This document shows positions 7,999 to 14,728 of a stretch of 15,736 nt of DNA, one piece after another (position 1 is the stretch's first letter; every line of letters starts with the position of its first letter). Both the position numbers and the translations under genes were made by a program. The notes beneath the pieces were generated by a model. It was given only the letters and a program-made list of their open reading frames with translations. It was not told where the DNA came from and searched no databases. The DNA comes from Bdellovibrionota bacterium FG-2. GTDB lineage: Bacteria > Bdellovibrionota > UBA1018. The stretch is taken from NCBI GenBank assembly GCA_051382305.1, contig JBBCAV010000411.1, positions 1-15,736 of the forward strand. The letters run 5' to 3'.

Positions 7999-8994
7999 CT
8001 ACTTTAAAAAATCAATTAATGTCGGCTGAATTAGTTTATGCGAACTCGTTAACGCATTCTTTAAAACAGCCTCCTCTCTAGAAGTATCACTCACCACTTG
8101 TGCCATATCTGCGTCTTCAATCGCTGAACTCAAGGTCGCGTTAGCAATATTATGACGCTCCAGGGTATTGCCTGTGGTTTCAATTCCATGAAGCCGAGAA
8201 CCCAACCTTGTTCGCATCGTAATCACTCGGCTTTGGATCTGATCCAGACGCTCCAAGGTTGAGCGCACACCCTCTGTGTCTCCCGTCAAGAGCGCAATCC
8301 TAAGATTCTGTATCTCGTCAAAAACATTGACATTTTGTGACTGATCGGGCGCCTGTCCGCCCGCCTCCTCTATCGCTGACGCGGGTGCCCGCGTCTTTGT
8401 GTCCTGGCCTTCATACGAATTTTTTCTGGAATCAAATGAATTTTTTGGATGAGTATTAAATGCCTCAATTCCGGAAACGTTGCTCGCTACAAAAACATCT
8501 TTTGCAATCTCTACCATCATTTGACCGGAGTCACCCTGATAGCGCCCTTCGGCGTCGATGGGTGCCTTTTGAGTCTTAAATCCACCAAACAAATATCGAT
8601 CACCAATCCGCCGGTTTGCCGTCGCCACAGCTTGTTGAAAAAGCTGTTGAACTTCCTCGGCAACACCCAAGCGGGTGTCCTCACTGGTATTGGCGTCGCT
8701 AGATTGCCCGAGCGCTATTTCTTTCGCACGCATCAAAATTTCTGAAATCTCACTCAACGCATGTTCGGTATTAGCTAAAAAAGTCTGCGCAAGTTTTGAG
8801 TTCATTTGAAACTGATCATTATTCACTTTGTCCGTCCTAATCTCCAAGAGCTTCGACACTCCCACGGGATTGTCAGAAGGGGTGTTGATCTTTTTCATCG
8901 TTGCCGATTGCTGCTGGAGCCCGTCCATCCGCTCCCGACTCTTTCGGATCGATTCCTTCACTGTTTCAAAATTTGTGTTCTCTGTGACTCTCAT
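7999..8994 (-). CDS. flgL: Flagellar hook-associated protein 3 FlgL
   Basis: MRVT, KKINTPSDNP, GDRYLFGG and C-terminal IEDADMA...IQPTLIDFLK motifs; follows flgK. Confidence 0.95.
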   Translation of the reverse strand: MRVTENTNFETVKESIRKSRERMDGLQQQSATMKKINTPSDNPVGVSKLLEIRTDKVNNDQFQMNSKLAQTFLANTEHALSEISEILMRAKEIALGQSSDANTSEDTRLGVAEEVQQLFQQAVATANRRIGDRYLFGGFKTQKAPIDAEGRYQGDSGQMMVEIAKDVFVASNVSGIEAFNTHPKNSFDSRKNSYEGQDTKTRAPASAIEEAGGQAPDQSQNVNVFDEIQNLRIALLTGDTEGVRSTLERLDQIQSRVITMRTRLGSRLHGIETTGNTLERHNIANATLSSAIEDADMAQVVSDTSREEAVLKNALTSSHKLIQPTLIDFLK

Positions 8995-8997
8995 TTA

Positions 8998-10419
8998 TTA
9001 CCGTTTCAAATCTAAAACTGTTTTTAGCATTTCATCAGCCACCTGAATAACCTTTGCCGAAGCATCAAAGGAGTGCTGAAACTGCATCAAATTCGCGGTT
9101 TCTTCGTCTACGGAAACTCCAGAAACCCTCTCCCGCATTTTTCCTAACTGCGTGTTAATGTCCCGCTGTTGGTTAAGCCCCGAGCGATTGCGCGCCGAAA
9201 TAACGCCCACATCGCTCACGATAGAATTAAACCAATCATCAAGAGTTGACTTACCCTCATGCATGACTTTCAGATGCTGCAAACCTGAAATAGCAAGGGC
9301 AATTCGATTATCGCCCGGAGCATCGGGTTGCGCGGCCGTTGCGATGTGATCCACATTTGATTTAACCGCTTCAGATAAATCAAAAAACTCCGCTGCGCGA
9401 TCCTTCGAAACAGGAGACGTAAAAAAGTCCACACCCTGAAGGCCGTTTCGCGTAAACCCTTGTTGATGAATTTCATTTACAGACTGAGACAGATTGAAAG
9501 CAAGGTCATCGAGTTTCGATAGAACTGTTGTAAGCGTCTTATCCCGAACCTCAAGCAACGCGCCAATTTTTCCACCTTTAACTTGATGAGTAATGTCGCC
9601 ACCCGCTCGCGCCGTGGTCTGCAAAGAATAGGCGCCCTCCCCTTTTCCCTGATCATCTGCCGGAGAGCGAACCACCATGAGTTTTTCTGACTCCGTGCCC
9701 GTCACCAGTGGACCCACGCCTTTAATATCAACAAAAAAATCTCCCCGATGATCCTTATGGAGGGCTACATCCATTAACGATCCCAATTTTTTCATCAGCT
9801 GATCGCGCTGATCGCGTAGGTCATTGGCGGGCGTTTTGCTAAGGTCCCTCTGATTAATACTATGATTAAGCCGCTTCAAATCTTCTGCCAGCGCACTTGC
9901 TTCACCTGCATAAGCCTCAACGCGCGAATCCAGATGGTTCCGGACATCCATCACTTCACCACGAATACGATGAAAATCATTCACGAGCGCCAATGAAGCT
10001 TCTCGAACAGATTCGCGAACCGCCTCATTTTCAGGCTCATTGGCAAGTTTTCTAAAATCATTAAAGAATCTCGAAATCACGCGATTCAAGCCTTCGCCAT
10101 TTACTTCATTGAAAATGTCCTCAAGCTGACGAAGACCCATATCTTTTTCTTCCATCCCAGCCATATCACGAGCGCCGTTTCTAAGTTGGCGCTCTAGGTA
10201 CTCATCATTCACGCGATCAATACCCGTGACCTCCACACCACTTCCAACCGCGCCCTTCGCAAGAATACTTCCTTGCGGAGACGCATTGGCGACACCCACT
10301 TTTTGCCGTGAATAGCCCTCGGTGTTCGCATTGGCGATATTATGACCCGCGGTCGCGATCGCAGTCTTCGCTGCGGCCATTCCCGATCGACCTGTGGTTA
10401 AAACGCCAGAAACACCCAT
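8998..10419 (-). CDS. flgK: Flagellar hook-associated protein 1 FlgK
   Basis: GHNIANANTEGYSRQ, NDLRDQRD, GGKIGALL and VSGVSVDEETANLMQFQHSFDASAKVI motifs. Confidence 0.97.
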   Translation of the reverse strand: MGVSGVLTTGRSGMAAAKTAIATAGHNIANANTEGYSRQKVGVANASPQGSILAKGAVGSGVEVTGIDRVNDEYLERQLRNGARDMAGMEEKDMGLRQLEDIFNEVNGEGLNRVISRFFNDFRKLANEPENEAVRESVREASLALVNDFHRIRGEVMDVRNHLDSRVEAYAGEASALAEDLKRLNHSINQRDLSKTPANDLRDQRDQLMKKLGSLMDVALHKDHRGDFFVDIKGVGPLVTGTESEKLMVVRSPADDQGKGEGAYSLQTTARAGGDITHQVKGGKIGALLEVRDKTLTTVLSKLDDLAFNLSQSVNEIHQQGFTRNGLQGVDFFTSPVSKDRAAEFFDLSEAVKSNVDHIATAAQPDAPGDNRIALAISGLQHLKVMHEGKSTLDDWFNSIVSDVGVISARNRSGLNQQRDINTQLGKMRERVSGVSVDEETANLMQFQHSFDASAKVIQVADEMLKTVLDLKR

Positions 10420-10424
10420 CTAAT

Positions 10425-10443
10425 TTTCAAACCTCCTTTGAAA
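10425..10443 (-). promoter_or_regulatory. Hairpin presenting the flgK SD (GGAGG) in its loop; putative CsrA site
   Basis: mRNA TTTCAAA-GGAGG-TTTGAAA, a perfect 7-bp stem ending 5 nt before ATG 10419. Confidence 0.5.
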
Positions 10444-10939
10444 TAAATCTTCCACCCGGGGCAGAGAGGACTTTCTTGCCATGCTGCCCGTATACCTGTG
10501 ATTTGGAGCCAGTCGTCCCCCTGGCGTTGCCCTGCATAGCGCGAACATGCTCCAGCGAGTGCTCCAAGAACTGTCGATTATCTTCATTTTGATCCGTAAT
10601 TCGCTGGATCATGATCACAAGCGTATTTTGAAGACTGCGAAAATGCTCTGCCTTTTTCTGATCCTCACCTTGCACGCGAATCGCTATCTCGCTCAGCGTA
10701 AGATCCTGGACGGGCGTTTTAAGATCCAAAGAAACCTCAACCAGCGTTCGTTGCCGTGCGGCCTCTGCATGTCGAATCGCCTCAATCAGCGCTTGCTTGG
10801 CATGAGTCGTCTCATCAATAGACTTCAAGTCAACTTGGACAAGTGCTTCACGTTCCATACGAACCGTGTCCAAAAGCTGCTTGTGCAAGCCGACAAGGGT
10901 CTGCAAATTAATAAAAAGATTTTCTAATGATTTCTGCAC
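10427..10939 (-). CDS. flgN: Flagellar export chaperone FlgN
   Basis: Helical protein between flgM and flgK, with LL....EREALV..D...I....K..L and N..N..FLEHSL...YG..G patterns. GTG start with AGGAGG SD. Confidence 0.88.
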   Translation of the reverse strand: MQKSLENLFINLQTLVGLHKQLLDTVRMEREALVQVDLKSIDETTHAKQALIEAIRHAEAARQRTLVEVSLDLKTPVQDLTLSEIAIRVQGEDQKKAEHFRSLQNTLVIMIQRITDQNEDNRQFLEHSLEHVRAMQGNARGTTGSKSQVYGQHGKKVLSAPGGRFISKEV

Positions 10940-10941
10940 GT

Positions 10942-10960
10942 CGCAATCCTCCTGATCGCG
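10942..10960 (-). promoter_or_regulatory. Hairpin presenting the flgN SD in its loop; putative CsrA site
   Basis: mRNA CGCGATC-AGGAG-GATTGCG, a 7-bp stem with one G-U pair, ending 2 nt before GTG 10939. Confidence 0.5.
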
Positions 10961-10967
10961 CGTACGT

Positions 10968-11306
10968 TCAGCCGAGGTCTGCTGTCTTCAGATGCTCATC
11001 CACGAGCTTATCGGCTACGGCGTCCGCGTTGACTTCATATTTACCCGCCGAAATTCGGCGCTTGAGTTCAGCAATTTTTTCTTCGCGCACATCTGGCGCT
11101 TGAGAGGCCACGGCCTTTGCTTTCGCAAATTCCTTGCCTCGCGCGGACAACTCCGTCTTCGCACTATCTGTCGAAGAAGACGTATCTGTTACTTTAGATT
11201 TTCCGGTTTTTTTCGCATTTTGAGTCGCAGCTGCATTTCCCGCTTGCCGCGTATTCGCGACATCTGCACCCTGAATCGAATTATTTCCTGTTTGATTGAC
11301 CCTCAT
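10968..11306 (-). CDS. flgM: Anti-sigma-28 factor FlgM (112 aa)
   Basis: ELS...PDVREEKIAELKRRISAGKYEVNADAVADKL motif. SD AAGGAGGT before ATG 11306; the longer ORF-track start is unlikely. Confidence 0.93.
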   Translation of the reverse strand: MRVNQTGNNSIQGADVANTRQAGNAAATQNAKKTGKSKVTDTSSSTDSAKTELSARGKEFAKAKAVASQAPDVREEKIAELKRRISAGKYEVNADAVADKLVDEHLKTADLG

Positions 11307-11757
11307 CGGTACCTCCTTGCACGCCTTGGGCTTTAGCTTGAACTTCGCCTTGCACTTCTTTGGCGACTTCTTGCCGCCCCGGGGCTCCTGCCCCTCTCCC
11401 TTGAGTGTACCTTTGTGCCTCAAGATAAGCAATAATCTGATCAGCCAATCCTATTCCACCCACCTGCGCCGCCTTCTGAGCATACTCGGAATCTAACATC
11501 CCGCGATAAATATTTGACGCCGGAGACTCAAGATCCATATCATTTTTTGGAATCGTCTGCCTCATAGCACTCATCATATGATTGATAAACATTGATTCCA
11601 TGCCCTCAGCGGCACGGATAACGCTCGGATCGACCTTAGAGCGGTCCACTGGGTAGATACGATGCGCCGGGGTTGAGGTGTCTGTCAATTTCCTGACGCC
11701 CCCCCCTTGGGGGGAGGGGGGAGGAACTGACCGTCCCAGGGCGATGGGTGTGGTCAT
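11281..11757 (-). CDS. flgJ: Flagellar rod-binding protein FlgJ (short form, no muramidase domain)
   Basis: AAEGMESMFINHMMSAMRQTIPK...IYRGMLDSEYAQ..GGIGLADQI rod-binding motif. Start uncertain (ATG 11757 or TTG 11688). The tail overlaps flgM by 26 nt. Confidence 0.85.
   Translation of the reverse strand: MTTPIALGRSVPPPSPQGGGVRKLTDTSTPAHRIYPVDRSKVDPSVIRAAEGMESMFINHMMSAMRQTIPKNDMDLESPASNIYRGMLDSEYAQKAAQVGGIGLADQIIAYLEAQRYTQGRGAGAPGRQEVAKEVQGEVQAKAQGVQGGTDEGQSNRK
11309..11405 (-). promoter_or_regulatory. Three GGA-loop hairpins upstream of and over the flgM SD; putative CsrA sites
   Basis: CTC-AAGGGA-GAG (11405-11394), GGGGC-AGGA-GCCCC (11394-11381) and GTGC-AAGGAG-GTAC (11322-11309). Confidence 0.5.
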
Positions 11758-11786
11758 CCTTCCCCCCTCCGCCGCAAAGACAAAGC
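11698..11786 (-). promoter_or_regulatory. Long imperfect RNA hairpin sequestering the flgJ SD and start codon
   Basis: GGAGGGGGGA(A)GGA pairs with TCCTCCCCCCTCC. It continues inward with TGACC/GGTCA and CCCA/TGGG, and outward with GCTTTGTCTTTG/CAAGGGGGGGGC (G-U rich). Confidence 0.65.
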
Positions 11787-11951
11787 TCGGTCGCCATCAC
11801 TCGCTTCCTTGCGAGCCTGGCTTGATTCAGAACGAAAGAGACCTACCATCCTAGCGGGCCGTTTTTCCTGTCCTGTTTCCTGGATATTGCCAACCCCATC
11901 TTCCATGATGATTGGGCGTCCGAGCCGCGTCTTGCGGCAACCTTTGATCAC
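11754..11951 (-). CDS. Putative 65-codon bridging/leader ORF between flgI and flgJ
   Basis: Its GTG start overlaps the flgI stop (GTGA, 11951-11948) and its TGA overlaps the flgJ ATG (ATGA, 11757-11754). No recognisable domain. Confidence 0.3.
   Translation of the reverse strand: MIKGCRKTRLGRPIIMEDGVGNIQETGQEKRPARMVGLFRSESSQARKEASDGDRALSLRRRGEG
11793..11938 (-). ncRNA. Candidate CsrB/RsmZ-like GGA-hairpin RNA element in the flgI-flgJ spacer
   Basis: Hairpins CCAAT-CATC-ATGGAA-GATG-GG-GTTGG (11915-11890) and GCCA..CTCGC-AAGGAA-GCGAG..TGGC (11821-11793), three CAGGA in 11882-11866, and TAGGATG at 11853-11847. Confidence 0.5.
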
Positions 11952-12988
11952 ATAATCTCCAAATCTGCTTGTAATGCTCCTGCTTGCTTCAACGACTGAA
12001 AAATTGAGGTCAAATCTTTTGGCTGAACTCCTAGAGCATTCAGCGCTTTCACTAATTCGGAAACACTCGATCCCCCTTTTACCTCAAATACGCGCTCGGG
12101 GCGGGTCCCCTTAGATGCTCCTTTGATTTCAATTGCAAGCTCCCCATGGGCCAAGGCTACGGCTGAAATAGGGATATTGCTTCCCATCACAATCGTTCCT
12201 GTGCGCTCATTCAAAACCACTTTTGCACGCGTATCTACATTAACATTAATGTTTTCAAGCGTCGCAAGCAGGTCAACCGAGGTACCGGTGTAATTAAAAG
12301 GGACAACAACATCAATCGTCCCACTGTCTCTTGCGGTCGCAAACTTCCCTGAAAGCTCGCCGTTAATTAGAGCGGCGACGCGGGCTGCAGTGGTAAAATC
12401 CGAATTATGAAGTGAGAGTCTGAAATTCTTTTTCGCTGCAAAATTCGTATCGACATCCTTTTCAATCGCTGCCCCACTCACGACTCGACCGACTGTTGGA
12501 AAATTTTTCGTCGTTCCATCTGCAATACTTCCAATACTGACCTGACCTTGAGCTACCGCGTAAACCGCCTGATCTCCGGCTCGAAGTGGCGTTACTAAGA
12601 GCGTGCCACCTTCCAGACTCGCCGAATCCCCAATAGAACTCACAGTCACATCAATCAAGTTACCCACTCGTGCGAAAGGGGGCAGTTTTGCGGTTACAAT
12701 CACTGCCGCTGCATTTTTTGATTTTATTTGCGCATTTCCCTGAATATCTAAACCAAGTTTACCGAAGAGTCGAGAGAGGGACTGATTCGTCACTTCAGAA
12801 CTCGAATCTCCAGTACCTTTTAGTCCCACTACAATCCCGTAGCCAATCAAAATATTATCACGAACGCCTTTGACGGACGCCACGTCTTTGAGTCTCGCAG
12901 TGAGCCCCTCTCTGGGAATCACCAGAATCAAAAGTACGAGAATTAAAAATGTGATGCGATTACCGAACTGCTTCAAGGCGATATTCAT
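11948..12988 (-). CDS. flgI: Flagellar P-ring protein FlgI
   Basis: RLKD...GVRDN.LIGYGIVVGL.GTGD, KNAAAVIVTA.LPPF, SLEGGTLL.TPL, NERTGTIVMG and LKQAGALQADLEIM motifs. Start taken at ATG 12988 (signal peptide follows). Confidence 0.96.
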   Translation of the reverse strand: MNIALKQFGNRITFLILVLLILVIPREGLTARLKDVASVKGVRDNILIGYGIVVGLKGTGDSSSEVTNQSLSRLFGKLGLDIQGNAQIKSKNAAAVIVTAKLPPFARVGNLIDVTVSSIGDSASLEGGTLLVTPLRAGDQAVYAVAQGQVSIGSIADGTTKNFPTVGRVVSGAAIEKDVDTNFAAKKNFRLSLHNSDFTTAARVAALINGELSGKFATARDSGTIDVVVPFNYTGTSVDLLATLENINVNVDTRAKVVLNERTGTIVMGSNIPISAVALAHGELAIEIKGASKGTRPERVFEVKGGSSVSELVKALNALGVQPKDLTSIFQSLKQAGALQADLEIM

Positions 12989-14027
12989 AAAGTTTTCCCG
13001 ATGTAACAACATCTTCTTCATTGATGTCTGATCCTTTTACAATCCCAACCAACGAAACAAGTCTTGTCCCGCCCCCTTTATAGGCGACTTTACGAATCGC
13101 GCGAACCTTGTAATTCCCATTTGGAAATCGCTCCGTTATTTCACCCATCATTGTATCGTCTGCTTTGATCTCAAGTGATTTTGAAAGATCAATATCGGAA
13201 ACCGTCGCGCGCGGCATCTCAAGCTCCACCTTCTTCTTGTCACCCATGACACTATTAGCTTCGGCAGGGGCCCGTGCGGGCGCGGCTGCGGCCGTTGCAA
13301 TGACATCCTTACTTTTTTCTTTGCCGTCTTTGCCGCTTCCGTCTTTATCTTTTTCTGCATTTGGGTCTTCCAGTCCCAAAATTTTCGCTCTAATTCGATC
13401 CTGTGCTCGCGCAAGTTCTAGCTGCTTCTCAAGGGGGGTCAGTGTTTTTTTGACTTCACTATTTACGTCTCTTACCAGCTCCGGCTCCACCTTCACAGTA
13501 ACGATGTCACCGACTGATCGAACCTTATTCTTCAGAAAGTAATAGTTTGTCTGCCCGCTTGAAGCCCAAAGCGAGCCCTCATTGTCAGACTCATCAATGA
13601 AATCCGACCGCGTTGCGCGTCCCGGGGATTTATAGAGGCGTTTCGTCGCCGGCTCCAACACAGGGGTCGCCCCAGAGCTCACGGCTGTTTCTTCTCCTCC
13701 CGTGCCTCCTCGTGAGCCGCCCGAACGACGCATTCCATCTCGACGATTTGCTTCCTGCCGAGACGGACTCACCCAAGAGCTCCGACTTCCGCTCTTTGTC
13801 GACCCTTCACTCGCGAGTCCGCGACCTTGAGAAGAATAGTACGGTTCATCATCACTGTTGGCGCCGCCCTCAGACATAAAGCCGCGTTCATCCCAAGATC
13901 CGCCATAAGTTCCGGAATCGGAGTCAGCATATTCATCCCCGCGGCCCCGGAAAGCCGCAAGGTTTGCACAGGCACCCAAGAAAAACACGCCAGTGACCAT
14001 CACGAGAGAAAGTCTTAATGCGTTCAT
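12960..14027 (-). CDS. flgH: Flagellar L-ring protein FlgH, divergent and elongated (355 aa lipoprotein)
   Basis: Lipobox LGAC (Cys20); GSLW...VGDIVTVKV, PNGN and LVGIV...DI....V.S.K motifs; located between flgA and flgI. Confidence 0.85.
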   Translation of the reverse strand: MNALRLSLVMVTGVFFLGACANLAAFRGRGDEYADSDSGTYGGSWDERGFMSEGGANSDDEPYYSSQGRGLASEGSTKSGSRSSWVSPSRQEANRRDGMRRSGGSRGGTGGEETAVSSGATPVLEPATKRLYKSPGRATRSDFIDESDNEGSLWASSGQTNYYFLKNKVRSVGDIVTVKVEPELVRDVNSEVKKTLTPLEKQLELARAQDRIRAKILGLEDPNAEKDKDGSGKDGKEKSKDVIATAAAAPARAPAEANSVMGDKKKVELEMPRATVSDIDLSKSLEIKADDTMMGEITERFPNGNYKVRAIRKVAYKGGGTRLVSLVGIVKGSDINEEDVVTSGKLYEYRLEAVR

Positions 14028-14725
14028 AATGGCACCTCAACAACTCCACCGGCTTTGAGTTCCCCTAGAAGAGCCTTCTTCGTTTTCGTCGCCATAACAC
14101 GAACGGGCTGATTCAAATAGGCCGCCTCCTCCGCAATTCCCGGCGCAGTGAGAAGTAGACCCGAGGTTAAGAGATGAATCCGAACCGAATCGCCTCTTCT
14201 TATGTCCGGAATCCGCTGGGTAGCCGATGAAACTAAGGGCTGTCCTTCTAAAATGGTTTGCCGGGATTCAAGTCGTGAGATCTCCTCTAGAGGAGACAGG
14301 ATTAAGCCGCGAAACTCATGCGCCTGCCCGACCGCTACATTTATACGTTGTTCTGAGAATTGCGCCGCGGAAAGTGCGGATCCAGGAAGAATTCTTTTAG
14401 TCGCAACTCTTGCTGGGACAAAAGCCGAAAATCCTACGCGTCCTTGGGCACGTGCCGCTCCAGGCTCGCCGACAACGGTGAAATAGATTTCTCCGCGACC
14501 ATTTTCTTCAACGCTCAAGACCGAAATACCCTGCTCCGGCACACGCCCCGAGAGCCACTCGATGTTCGTCGTTAAAGTAATATCAGAACCCGTAAATTGC
14601 TTAGCGAGTTCCTTACTGATGAGTTCTCGCAAATCTATTTCTGCCGAAAGGACAAGGCCCGACCAAGTCCCCACCAGCAGAATCGCCCAAAATTTAAACA
14701 CCCGTCGCCCCCTTAGTGTTTTCAC
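14024..14725 (-). CDS. flgA: Flagellar P-ring formation chaperone FlgA
   Basis: Signal peptide, SAF-like VATKRILPG, C-terminal IRRGDSVRI...L.LTAPG.A...VRV....KK.L.G....G.VEV; ATGA overlap with flgH. Confidence 0.88.
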   Translation of the reverse strand: MKTLRGRRVFKFWAILLVGTWSGLVLSAEIDLRELISKELAKQFTGSDITLTTNIEWLSGRVPEQGISVLSVEENGRGEIYFTVVGEPGAARAQGRVGFSAFVPARVATKRILPGSALSAAQFSEQRINVAVGQAHEFRGLILSPLEEISRLESRQTILEGQPLVSSATQRIPDIRRGDSVRIHLLTSGLLLTAPGIAEEAAYLNQPVRVMATKTKKALLGELKAGGVVEVPL

Positions 14726-14728
14726 TCA

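Noticed and set aside
11299-11330. sigma28-like CCAA-N15-ACCGATGA on the minus strand
   Set aside because: The -10 element overlaps the flgM start codon, so transcription would begin inside flgM; the -35 match is poor.
11307-11432. ORF-track N-terminal extension of FlgM (154 aa)
   Set aside because: It lies inside flgJ in another frame; the strong SD precedes ATG 11306.
11709-11724. G-quadruplex potential in GGGGGGAGGGGGGAGG
   Set aside because: It is on the non-mRNA strand and is explained by complementarity to the flgJ SD region.
11878-11893. TTGGCA as a sigma54 -24 element in the flgI-flgJ spacer
   Set aside because: The -12 position reads AGGA rather than TTGC.
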